A stretch of 59,882 nucleotides of DNA, filler included. It is 7 parts of 7 records of this genome, joined end to end, with 100 filler letters (N's around TTAATTAATTAA, not from the genome) between each part and the next. Parts side by side here need not be neighbours in the genome. Positions count along the whole stretch, not along the records: positions 1 to 7,773 come from SRR31156797_20824; positions 7,874 to 14,048 come from SRR31156797_20828; 5 more parts are not named here. One strand, given 5' to 3'. Positions 1-8,920 of the stretch are shown piece by piece (positions within the stretch are counted from its first letter, which is position 1; every line of letters begins with the position of its first letter). A program made the position numbers and the translations under genes. The notes below the pieces were generated by a model. The model did not search any database and had not been told where the DNA came from. It was given only the letters and a program-made list of their open reading frames with translations.

Positions 1-894
1 GGCGGTGGTTTTTACCGCACCGAGTTGTATGTACACGAAGCACGCATGCATGGCGCAGAAATATTTCCGCCCTGTATTAACCGCAGCGAAACAAAAACGG
101 TTATCAACGGAAAGGTAATTCATTTGGGACTCGGCTTTTTGAAAAGCCTGGAAAACAATACGATTCATGCGGTTTTAGCAGAGCGCCACCGTGGCGGTTA
201 TTTTCGCAATTTGCAAGATTTTCTGGTACGTGTACCCATTTCGCTGGAACAACTGAGTATTTTGATTCGTATTGGCGCTTTTAATTTTACCAGAAAATCG
301 AAAAAGGAATTGTTGTGGAATGCGCATTTTATTTTGTCGAAGTCGAAAGAAACAGCTCCTGAACGTACCTTGTTTCAACAAGAAGTGAAGGAGTTTAAGA
401 TACCTGAGTTGTATTACCATCCCCTGGAAAATGCTTACGATGAAATAGAGCTGCTGGGATTTCCGGTTACCCATTCGGCTTTTGATTTATTGGAAGATAT
501 GAGCCTGCCGCAAACCACTGCTAAAGATTTGCCCTTTCTGGTTAATCAGAATGTGGCCATTGTTGGCAGTCTGGTGCATGTTAAACGTACCCGTACCAAC
601 GACGGAAAAACCATGAGTTTTGGAGTGTTTATCGATTTTAACGGCTACTGGATCGATACGGTGCAATTTCCGCAAGTGGCTACTCAATACCCCTTTAGCG
701 GTGGGGGGTGCTACCTGATAAAAGGGAAAGTAGTAGAAGAATTTGGCTTTATTAGCATTGAAGCTACCGAAACCTACCGTCTGCCCAACGAAAACATGGA
801 AGAACCTTCAACCCGCTTAAAAGCACCGGATAAAAGTAGGTTGCTGGGGGCGAATTATGTGGAGGATGTGGAAATTGTAAAACCGGGGGATTAA
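1..894 (+). CDS. dnaE2: DNA polymerase III alpha subunit, error-prone DnaE2-like, C-terminal part (5'-truncated by window)
   Basis: Frame is open from base 1 (GGGFYRTELYVHEAR...PCINRS). HhH region (LGLGFLKSL...RIGAF), E-LGF motif and OB fold (KTMSFGVFID...DTVQFP) are typical of Bacteroidota DnaE2-type proteins. Confidence 0.85.
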   Translation, partial: GGGFYRTELYVHEARMHGAEIFPPCINRSETKTVINGKVIHLGLGFLKSLENNTIHAVLAERHRGGYFRNLQDFLVRVPISLEQLSILIRIGAFNFTRKSKKELLWNAHFILSKSKETAPERTLFQQEVKEFKIPELYYHPLENAYDEIELLGFPVTHSAFDLLEDMSLPQTTAKDLPFLVNQNVAIVGSLVHVKRTRTNDGKTMSFGVFIDFNGYWIDTVQFPQVATQYPFSGGGCYLIKGKVVEEFGFISIEATETYRLPNENMEEPSTRLKAPDKSRLLGANYVEDVEIVKPGD

Positions 895-1048
895 TAAAAT
901 AGTATGTTTCGGTTTACATTTTAAACTATATAAACTTTAAAGAAATAACACGAAGCTTCTGAAGCATAATTTTTTACCAACTTAGCAAACAACAGAAAAT
1001 AACTGGAAACGGATAAAAAACTTTTTCGTAAACAACAATAAAAGCAGA

Positions 1049-1279
1049 ATGATGTTAAGAAACTTTATAAATCTGGCGGGGATCCTTATTACCAGTGTCC
1101 TATTTATGTCATGTGGTAAATCGACCGAATATAAATTGTTTAATGGAGAATTGCTTGAAGGTTGGGAAAGAGCTGAAACTGTTTTTAGAGTGGAGGATGG
1201 AGCTATAGTTGGGGGCAATTTAAATGAGCCGTTAGAACAAACCTTCTATTTATGTACAAAACAGAAATTATCAATTTGA
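1049..1279 (+). pseudogene. Truncated DUF1080 (3-keto-disaccharide hydrolase-like) lipoprotein
   Basis: Lipobox-like FMSC followed by LFNGELLEGW...FRVEDGAIVGG...YLCT, the N-terminal signature of DUF1080. The ORF stops at 76 aa, far short of the full domain. Confidence 0.65.
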
Positions 1280-1359
1280 ATCTTTTAGTCCATGCTTCCG
1301 CTTGGCGATAAATGTCGTGAATAGTATCGATCTTAACCATTAACCAGAAAATAAAAAAC

Positions 1360-2139
1360 ATGAAATCCAGTATTCATATCATAGACCTAACACCCGAAAA
1401 TATTGCAGATTACGGTGTGTGCGGCTACAAAAATGTGGAGAAGCACAAAGAACTAAGAAATAAGATTGAATGGTTTAAGGCTTATTATCCAAAAGGACTT
1501 AGAATAAAAGCAGTACTTGCCCAAAAAGGTGGATACCAGGGGATGATTGAATACCTACCCGGAGAATTTGCACATCGGCCGGTTAATGTCAGGGGCTACA
1601 TGTTTATACATTGTATTTTTGTTGGATTTAAAAAGGAGTTTACAAATAAAGGTTACGCATCGGCCCTTATTGATGAATGTTTAAACGATGCGAAAAAACA
1701 AAAAATGCTGGGGGTTACGTTAGTCACAAGAAAAGGAGCTTTTATGGTGGATAGTAAGATCTTCCTGAAGAAAGGATTTGAAATGGTTGACCAAGCTAAA
1801 CCGGATTTCAATTTAATGGTCTTTAAATTTGACCAGGAATCTACCAATCCCTCTTTCAAAACGAAAATATTGGATAACCTGAACGATTATAAAAATGGTT
1901 TAACCATTATGCGCTCTGCACAATGCCCATATACAGAGAAGAATGTTAATGCCATTATTGATACGGCAGAAAAGAAGTTTAAGCTAAAAACCAATCTTAT
2001 TGATTTAAAAGATGCTGAATCGGCTCAACAAACACCTTGTGCTTTTGGAACGTTTTGTATCGTTTATAATGGACAAGTGATTAGTTATCATCCAATAAGC
2101 AATAAACGATTTGAAAATATAATAAGTAAGATGGTTTAA
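1360..2139 (+). CDS. GNAT acetyltransferase with C-terminal YoaP domain
   Basis: IEYLPGE...FIHCIFV...NKGYASALI (acetyl-CoA motif A), plus QCPY and AQQTPCAFGTFCIVYNG (YoaP-like C-terminus). Confidence 0.85.
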   Translation: MKSSIHIIDLTPENIADYGVCGYKNVEKHKELRNKIEWFKAYYPKGLRIKAVLAQKGGYQGMIEYLPGEFAHRPVNVRGYMFIHCIFVGFKKEFTNKGYASALIDECLNDAKKQKMLGVTLVTRKGAFMVDSKIFLKKGFEMVDQAKPDFNLMVFKFDQESTNPSFKTKILDNLNDYKNGLTIMRSAQCPYTEKNVNAIIDTAEKKFKLKTNLIDLKDAESAQQTPCAFGTFCIVYNGQVISYHPISNKRFENIISKMV

Positions 2140-2455
2140 GGTGAATTTAAGGCTAGTAATTAAGTGCTTTGTTATCAATAGATTGTCTTTGTTTTGTTAC
2201 CTAGAGCTATTTGAGTTTTTCTCCCTCTTTACTCCTTAAAAGTACCACGCTACCTTTAAACAGGTAAAACCATATAAAAGTACGGTGCAACAAATAGAAT
2301 GTTTTGTTTCCACCATCAACCTATGAACATTAATAAAGCTATAAATCGAGATTCCCAAAATAATAATTTGTGCAAAAAGTAAAACTGTTTTACTTCCTTC
2401 ATATCTGGATTCAAACAGATTTTGTCAAAAAAACCAGCATAAAAAGAAAACAGCC

Positions 2456-2949
2456 ATGATTAACAAAAGCACCAGCAACGACTTTAACACCATTCTGGAA
2501 ATAATTAACGATTCGTCGATTGCCTAAAAAGGACTAATTCCTGAAGATCGAAAGAAAGAGCCCTATATGCCAAAAGAAGAATTAGAAGCGTAAATTGAGG
2601 AAGGAGTTGAATTCTGGAAGTATGAGGAAGGCAATGAAATTTTGGGTGTTATAGGAATTCAGGATAAAAAAGAAGTGACATTGATATGTCATGCCTATGT
2701 TAGAACCTCGGCACGACAGAAAGGTGTTGGCGGAAGTTGCTAAAGCATTTGATAAGTAAAGTAGAAGCACCTGTGTTAATCGGTACCTGGGCTGATGCGA
2801 GCTGGGCAATCAACTTTTATAAAAAGCATGGTTTTCGGGAATTAAAGAAACAAGATAAAAATGCTTTATTACGCACCTACTGGTCGATTCCCGAGCGACA
2901 GGTGGAAACTTCCATTGTTTTAGCCAGCAATAGTTGGAAAAGCATTTAA
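2456..2949 (+). pseudogene. GNAT N-acetyltransferase pseudogene (2 in-frame stops + 1 frameshift)
   Basis: ATG 2456 reads MINKSTSNDFNTILEIINDSSIA*KGLIPEDRKKEPYMPKEELEA*IEEGVEFW...HAYVRTSARQKGVGG. TAA at 2525 and 2591; frameshift near 2733 into the 2737..2949 ORF (LLKHL...IGTWADASWAINFY...YWSIPERQVETS). Confidence 0.9.
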
Positions 2950-2982
2950 CGAAAAACACTACATTCGTATAAAACCTATGTT

Positions 2983-3474
2983 TTGGGAATGAGGAAAATT
3001 GTAATACGGAAATACAAGCAGGGAGAAGAAAAACAATTGTTAGACATTTTCAGATCTTCCATCAGACAAAATGCAGACGCTTATTATCGCGGTGAGCAAC
3101 TGGAAGCATGGGCTCCCGAAGATATTGATTTTAAAAAGTGGGTGGAAGGAATCAGGGGGATTAATCCGTACGTGATTATTCAGAAGGAGGAGATACTTGG
3201 TTATGCCGATTTACAGCATAACGGGTACATCGATCATTTTTTTGTAAAAGGAGGACAGGCTCGTAAAGGTATAGGCAAACAATTAATGGAGTATCTTTTA
3301 AATAAAGCCAGGGAAAGAGAAATAATGCAACTGACTTCTGATGTAAGTCTGGCTGCGCAGGATTTTTTCAAAAAGTTTGGGTTTGAAATAGTTATGCGCA
3401 GGAAAGTTTTGATAAGAGGTGTGGAGCTTGAAAATGCCCTAATGAGAAGACTTGTTTTAGATGAGTTCAAATAA
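2983..3474 (+). CDS. GNAT acetyltransferase, YafP-like
   Basis: Y...QLEAWAP, GYADLQHNGYIDHFFV, RKGIG, VSLAAQDFFKKFGF and GVELENALM match the YafP/Acetyltransf_10 pattern. Real start may be ATG 2989. Confidence 0.85.
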   Translation: MGMRKIVIRKYKQGEEKQLLDIFRSSIRQNADAYYRGEQLEAWAPEDIDFKKWVEGIRGINPYVIIQKEEILGYADLQHNGYIDHFFVKGGQARKGIGKQLMEYLLNKAREREIMQLTSDVSLAAQDFFKKFGFEIVMRRKVLIRGVELENALMRRLVLDEFK

Positions 3475-3543
3475 TATTGCTTCTTAAATGTTACAGTTCA
3501 TTTCAATTTTAAATTTCTACTGCGTTTAAAATCACTTATTGGT

Positions 3544-4326
3544 GTGAATACAATTATAGAAAATCTGAGAATAAGTATCATTCAACCCGATATTATCTGG
3601 GAGAAACCGGAGGAAAACCTGGAGAAATATGCTGAATGGATCGAATATAGTGAGAAAACCGATGTGATAATTTTACCAGAAATGTTTACTACCGGATTTT
3701 CGATGAAGCCCCAAAAACTTATGGAACCGATGGGCGGGGTGTCGGTAAAATGGATGAAAGATATAGCTGCTCAAAAAAAAGCAGCAGTTGTTGGGAGCAT
3801 AATTATTGAAGAAAACGGAGAGGTATTTAACCGTGCGATCTGGGTATTTCCCCATGGTAAAGTTGAATTCTACGATAAACGCCATTTATATACAATGGGA
3901 GAGGAGCATGTACATTATTCTCCTGGCAAAAAAAAGACCATTATTGAGTACAATGGATGGAAGTTTTGTCCACAAATATGCTACGATTTGCGTTTCCCGG
4001 TTTTTGCCCGCAACCTTGAAAATTACGATGTGCTTTTTTATATGGCAAATTGGCCAGCACCACGACATCATGTATGGAAAAAACTGCTTACTGCCAGAGC
4101 CATTGAGAATCAATCGTATTGTTTTGGGGTGAATCGTGTTGGGGTTGATGGAATTGGTATAAAATATTTGGGAGATTCAGTTTTTGTATCGCCAAAAGGA
4201 AGTACCGAATTTTTAGGCTCAAACGAGCTGGTTAAAACTTTTGAAATTACCTATTCAGAACTACACAGTTTCAGAAATAAGTTTCCACTTTTAAACGACA
4301 AGGATAACTTTAAAATAATTGATTAA
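3544..4326 (+). CDS. Carbon-nitrogen hydrolase, omega-amidase YafV-like
   Basis: Catalytic triad motifs LPEMFTTGF, YDKRHL and ICYDLRFP, plus ARAIENQ. Confidence 0.92.
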   Translation: MNTIIENLRISIIQPDIIWEKPEENLEKYAEWIEYSEKTDVIILPEMFTTGFSMKPQKLMEPMGGVSVKWMKDIAAQKKAAVVGSIIIEENGEVFNRAIWVFPHGKVEFYDKRHLYTMGEEHVHYSPGKKKTIIEYNGWKFCPQICYDLRFPVFARNLENYDVLFYMANWPAPRHHVWKKLLTARAIENQSYCFGVNRVGVDGIGIKYLGDSVFVSPKGSTEFLGSNELVKTFEITYSELHSFRNKFPLLNDKDNFKIID

Positions 4327-4347
4327 TCCTTTTGTTTTAGAATTATC

Positions 4348-4447
4348 GACTAAATTCTTAGTTAAGGTAATTAATTGACATACAGTATTGTATGTTTACA
4401 TTAAAGGCATTAACTAAGAAATTAGTTTGTAAACTAAAATATTAGTT
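4348..4447. promoter_or_regulatory. Three AACTAA-N4-TTAGTT palindromes (putative BlaI operators)
   Basis: GACTAA-ATTC-TTAGTT 4348-4363, AACTAA-GAAA-TTAGTT 4412-4427, AACTAA-AATA-TTAGTT 4432-4447. Same ACTA-N6-TAGT geometry as BlaI/MecI operators; blaI lies in the downstream cluster. Confidence 0.75.
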
Positions 4448-4456
4448 ATATGTTTG
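4426..4456 (+). promoter_or_regulatory. Bacteroidota primary-sigma promoter (-33/-7)
   Basis: TTTG 4426-4429, 19-nt spacer, TATGTTTG 4449-4456 (TAnnTTTG consensus), upstream of tonB. Confidence 0.75.
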
Positions 4457-4558
4457 CTTCCATAATCATGATTAAAAATTTAGCTGGAAAAGGCAGGGGC
4501 TGGTGCTAATAATTGAACGGTAATTAATTTTAGTAATAACCAGTAAATCTGAAAGATT

Positions 4559-5248
4559 ATGGAAGAAAAAAAGGCAAAAAAAGCCGATTTGGAAAGTAAG
4601 CGAAATACATTTTTTTTGGTTGGTTTGGTGCTTGCACTAGCAGCTACACTATTGGCTTTCGAATGGACCACAAAACCGGCCAAAGCCGAATCGTTGGGTG
4701 TAATTCAATCTCAAGATGTGGAGGAGGAGATTATTCCCATTACCCGTGAACAAGAGGTAAAACCGCCACCACCACCACCGCCACCAAAAGTTGTAGAAGT
4801 GCTGAACATTGTTGATGACGATGTTGAAATTGATGATGAACTAGAAATTGAAGACTCAGAAGCTGACGAGGAAACAGTAATTGATGTTCAACCATTAATT
4901 GAAACTAAAGACGAGGAAGAAGAGGAGTTTGACAAGATTTTCCTGATTGTAGAAGAACCCGCAGAGTTTCCAGGAGGGACAAGAGCTTTGTATAAGTACA
5001 TAAGTAGCAATGTAAAATATCCGGTAATTGCGCAGGAAAATGGTATTCAAGGCAGAGTATATGTAAAGTTTGTAGTAAACGAGCAAGGGCATGTTAGTGA
5101 TGCCGAAATTATGCGTGGTGTAGACGCCTCGTTAGATAAAGAAGCACTTCGGGTAGTAAATAGTTTACCGCAGTTTAAACCAGGCAAACAAAGAGGCAGG
5201 CCAGTTAAAGTGTATTACAATGCACAAATAACTTTTCAACTGCAATAA
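4559..5248 (+). CDS. tonB: Energy transducer TonB (Bacteroidota type)
   Basis: KADLE N-terminus, single TM, polyproline + acidic linker, TonB_C domain (YPVIAQENGIQGRVYVKFVV...PGKQRG). Confidence 0.93.
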   Translation: MEEKKAKKADLESKRNTFFLVGLVLALAATLLAFEWTTKPAKAESLGVIQSQDVEEEIIPITREQEVKPPPPPPPPKVVEVLNIVDDDVEIDDELEIEDSEADEETVIDVQPLIETKDEEEEEFDKIFLIVEEPAEFPGGTRALYKYISSNVKYPVIAQENGIQGRVYVKFVVNEQGHVSDAEIMRGVDASLDKEALRVVNSLPQFKPGKQRGRPVKVYYNAQITFQLQ

Positions 5249-5266
5249 TATTATTAAACCGTATAA

Positions 5267-5680
5267 TTGAAAGTAATGAAATTAATTAAATTGTTTGCGA
5301 CAGTTCTCGCACTAACTATTTTTTGTGTATTTAATATTTCAGCACAAGAAAAGAATAAGAAGGAAAAGGTATTTTTTACCGTGGAAGAAATGCCGGAGTT
5401 TCCGGGAGGAGATAAAGAATTAAAAAACTACATAGCAAACACTGTTAAATACCCGGAAGATGCTGTAAAAAGTAAAATTCAGGGAAAAGTATATGTGATG
5501 TTTGTAGTTGAAAAAGATGGAACAGTTGGTGATGTAAAAATAGCGCGAGGAGTGGGGCCGTTGCTCGATAAGGAGGCCCTTCGTGTTATAAATTCGTTGC
5601 CCAAATGGAAACCGGGTAAACATAAAGGAAAAAAGGTTCGCGTATCGTATACTGTTCCTATATCTTTTGCTTTGAACTAA
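5267..5680 (+). CDS. Secreted stand-alone TonB C-terminal domain protein
   Basis: Signal peptide ending ISA|Q, then directly VEEMPEFPGG...YPEDA...IQGKVYVMFVV...WKPG. No linker. Confidence 0.85.
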   Translation: MKVMKLIKLFATVLALTIFCVFNISAQEKNKKEKVFFTVEEMPEFPGGDKELKNYIANTVKYPEDAVKSKIQGKVYVMFVVEKDGTVGDVKIARGVGPLLDKEALRVINSLPKWKPGKHKGKKVRVSYTVPISFALN

Positions 5681-5696
5681 TTTTTTTATCCATCAT

Positions 5697-5732
5697 ACCT
5701 AAAAGGGTAGTTATAAAACTAATTTTTTAGGT
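5697..5732. promoter_or_regulatory. Second pair of degenerate BlaI-type palindromes, together forming a long inverted repeat before blaI
   Basis: ACCTAA-AAGG-GTAGTT 5697-5712 and AACTAA-TTTT-TTAGGT 5717-5732. Same 20-bp period as the pair at 4412/4432. Confidence 0.6.
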
Positions 5733-5773
5733 ATGGTTTTTGTAGCTTTACACCTTATTGTAAAAAAGATGGA

Positions 5774-6148
5774 ATGAAAGAACTTACTAAAGCAGAAGAA
5801 CAGGTAATGCAGTTACTCTGGAAACGCGAAAAGGCTTTTGTGAAAGACCTTATTGAAGATATGTCGGTACCAAAACCTGCATATAACACCGTTTCAACCA
5901 TTATAAGGATTCTTGAAAAAAAAGGATTTGTTGGGCACAACGCCTTTGGTAAAACACACGAGTATTTTCCGCTTATTTCGAGAATAGAGTATACGCGGTT
6001 GTTTATGAAAAATTTTATGCGGAATTACTTTAGTGGTTCTTTCCAACAAATGGTATCATTTTTTGCCAAAGAAGACAATATGAGTTTGTCGGATTTGGAT
6101 GAAATGATGGAAGATGTTAAACGCGATATACAGGACGACGATGTATAG
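5774..6148 (+). CDS. blaI: BlaI/MecI/CopY family transcriptional repressor
   Basis: LTKAEEQVMQLLW...AYNTVSTIIRILEKKGFV winged helix; NYFSGSF cleavage-region motif. Confidence 0.93.
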   Translation: MKELTKAEEQVMQLLWKREKAFVKDLIEDMSVPKPAYNTVSTIIRILEKKGFVGHNAFGKTHEYFPLISRIEYTRLFMKNFMRNYFSGSFQQMVSFFAKEDNMSLSDLDEMMEDVKRDIQDDDV

Positions 6149-7559
6149 TGTTGTAAATTTTATTATTGAATCGGGGGTGAGTTTGTCGTTACTGGCGCTC
6201 ATCTATGTACTGTTTCTCAGAAAGGAGACTTTTTTTAGGCTTAATCGTATTTTTCTTTTGTTTTCCATTCTTTTTTCTCTTGTACTTCCCTTTTTACGTT
6301 TTCATGTTTACGAGCCACAAACCAATATGCTTCAGGAGGTTACTGTAACGCCTTATCGAAATGTATTGGAAGCCGTAACCGTTTACGGACAAGACCTCTC
6401 GGGAGCAGTTGTACAATCGGTTAGTTCCAGTAAAATAATTATTTTAATCTACCTAACTGGTTTGGGATTATTCTTAGGCCGGTTTATTTTCCGGTTGGGG
6501 CAGTTAACTTTTCTAATAGTAAAAAATAGGGTTCAACTTATTGATAATGTTCGTTTTGTAATGCTGAATAAAAAGTTTAGCCCATTTTCATTTTTAGGAT
6601 TTGTGTTTATTAACCCTGGAATGAAAGCGGAGCCAGGTTACGAAAAAATGGTTGCTCACGAACTGGAACATATTCGGCAAGGTCATACTTTCGATGTTTT
6701 AATTCTTGAGATTTTAACCGTTTTTCAATGGTTTAATCCTTTTATGTGGATGCTAAAACGTGCTATTCGCGAAAACCATGAATACCTGGCCGACAACGCC
6801 GTTTTGAGTTCAGGAATTAGTTCAGCACAATACAAAAAACTTCTTTTGAGTCAGGCTGTTGGATTTCAGTTAGATATGGCTAATAATTTTAATTCGTCGC
6901 TGGTGAAAAAACGAATTCAAATGATCTCAAAAATCAGGTCATCAAGATTAGCCAATGCAAAATATTTTTTAGGAATTATTTCGTTACTGGTTTTGGTTGT
7001 AATTTTTGCATGCGAGCAAAAAGAAACGACTGAAATAACTCAAGTTGCAGATAGTAACCAACGAAAAGTAACCTTAGAATTGCTAAACGATAAGATAAAA
7101 CTACAAGGTGACCAGGAAGATATGGAAGTCTTGCATAACTTGTTGAATAAGAAGAATAGGTATACCATGGAGACCGATAGCCTGGGGGATTTTTACCTGG
7201 TTAAGCAGGATGAACCGGTTACTAAAAAGCTTGAAGATGGTGCACAGGTATTTTTTATTGTTGAGACCATGCCCGAATTTCCGGGAGGTGACATCGCTTT
7301 GCGAAAATACATCGCTAATTCTATTGCTTACCCCGAAATGGCGGTAGAAAATGGTATTCAGGGAAAAGTGTATGTAACTTTTGTTGTAACAAAAGATGGA
7401 ACGGTAGCCAATACAAAAATTGCCCGTGGAGTAGATCCATCTCTTGACCTGGAGGCTATACGCGTAGTAAATTCATTACCACGTTGGAAGCCCGGATACC
7501 AGAAAGGAAAACCGGTTAATGTAAGTTATACCGTTCCTATTAATTTTAGGTTGAAATAA
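6114..7559 (+). CDS. M56 (BlaR1-type) metallopeptidase fused to a C-terminal TonB domain
   Basis: TM segments, HELEH zinc motif, WFNPF, ENHEYLAD, KKRIQMI, then TonB_C (VETMPEFPGG...IQGKVYVTFVV). Likely start is ATG 6141, overlapping the blaI stop. Confidence 0.92.
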   Translation: MLNAIYRTTMYSVVNFIIESGVSLSLLALIYVLFLRKETFFRLNRIFLLFSILFSLVLPFLRFHVYEPQTNMLQEVTVTPYRNVLEAVTVYGQDLSGAVVQSVSSSKIIILIYLTGLGLFLGRFIFRLGQLTFLIVKNRVQLIDNVRFVMLNKKFSPFSFLGFVFINPGMKAEPGYEKMVAHELEHIRQGHTFDVLILEILTVFQWFNPFMWMLKRAIRENHEYLADNAVLSSGISSAQYKKLLLSQAVGFQLDMANNFNSSLVKKRIQMISKIRSSRLANAKYFLGIISLLVLVVIFACEQKETTEITQVADSNQRKVTLELLNDKIKLQGDQEDMEVLHNLLNKKNRYTMETDSLGDFYLVKQDEPVTKKLEDGAQVFFIVETMPEFPGGDIALRKYIANSIAYPEMAVENGIQGKVYVTFVVTKDGTVANTKIARGVDPSLDLEAIRVVNSLPRWKPGYQKGKPVNVSYTVPINFRLK

Positions 7560-7573
7560 TTAAGAAATTACAA

Positions 7574-7773
7574 ATGATTAATAAGTTATTTCTACCCGCT
7601 TTACCTAAAGTTATGTTATTAGGCTTTATGTTCTGTTTGCTTTCTTGTGTAGAGAAAGCAAATGGGCCAATAATTGTCGACTTTTCAAAAAAAACGAATC
7701 GGGAAGAGTTTGAAAAACTAAAACTTGATTCGGTTTATACAAATTTATTGCAAACGCATAAAACTGAGGAGGA
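7574..7773 (+). CDS. Hypothetical lipoprotein, 3'-truncated at contig end
   Basis: Hydrophobic N-terminus with LLSC lipobox; runs into the N spacer. Confidence 0.5.
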
Positions 7774-7873
7774 NNNNNNNNNNNNNNNNNNNNNNNNNNN
7801 NNNNNNNNNNNNNNNNNTTAATTAATTAANNNNNNNNNNNNNNNNNNNNNNNNNNNNNNNNNNNNNNNNNNNN
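7774..7873. other. Artificial contig-joining spacer
   Basis: 44 N + TTAATTAATTAA (stops in all frames) + 44 N. Confidence 0.98.
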
Positions 7874-7874
7874 A

Positions 7875-8231
<357 letters not shown>

Positions 8232-8253
8232 AACAGAAATTTAATTGCTGTAC

Positions 8254-8670
8254 TTATTTCTTTTTGAAAAGTAAATAATCTATTGAATATTTCCCGCTAC
8301 CCGATAAAAGAAGAACCACATAAACAACCATATAAAACAAAGCCAGTTCCTGACGGCCAAATGGATCGGAACCATGCACAATAAATGCAGCCACTGCCAT
8401 TGTTATAATTAATGGTATAGAAGCTAAACGTGTTCCCAAACCTAATCCAATTAAAATAGAACACAAAAACTCAGCAAAAACAGTAAGAGCCAACGATGCT
8501 TTTGCTCCAACACCCAAAGGATCGCCAAACTGTATTTCGCCGCCAGCGAGTAATTTTTCCAACTTAGGGAAACCATGAGTTAGCATAAATACGGCAACTG
8601 TTAATCGTAAAACCAACAATGCAATATGTATGCTCTTTTCATTTAAATGCCATGCAAATAACTTTTTCAT
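8254..8670 (-). CDS. DoxX family membrane protein
   Basis: LLVLRL...HGFPKL, FGDPLG, AEFLCSILIGLGLGTR and GSGKYSID. Confidence 0.92.
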   Translation of the reverse strand: MKKLFAWHLNEKSIHIALLVLRLTVAVFMLTHGFPKLEKLLAGGEIQFGDPLGVGAKASLALTVFAEFLCSILIGLGLGTRLASIPLIITMAVAAFIVHGSDPFGRQELALFYMVVYVVLLLSGSGKYSIDYLLFKKK

Positions 8671-8920
8671 CTTCTGTTTTTTATTTCTTTATTAAACAAC
8701 AATTTCCTGATTTTAGTTGCAAAACAATAATAAAATTTATTAAAATCGTTATAATACCGATCATTCCATAACGAACTAAATAGAACACATGTTCGATAAA
8801 AGAAAAATACGCAATATATATTAGCACATTTTTTTTTCACTTTACAATTGTGTTGTCTCAGAAACCAATTTTATCATTTCATTTCTAAAACTAAATCAGG
8901 GATAAATTCAATTTGTATAT

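Noticed and set aside
2140-2455. 316-bp intergenic region as a possible ncRNA or riboswitch
   Set aside because: No recognisable riboswitch motif or convincing stem set by eye; an Rfam/Infernal search would be needed.
2525-2593. In-frame stops in the GNAT gene as possible stop-codon reassignment or Sec/Pyl recoding
   Set aside because: Both are TAA, neighbouring genes end in TAA normally, and the gene also has a frameshift.
4762-4786. (CCA)n trinucleotide run
   Set aside because: It encodes the normal TonB polyproline linker; no sign of a contingency repeat.
8823-8875. Possible LytTR repeats upstream of the kinase gene (ACAATTGTG at 8844, CCAATTTTA at 8865)
   Set aside because: The spacing is 21 bp, but similarity is too weak in AT-rich DNA to support a call.
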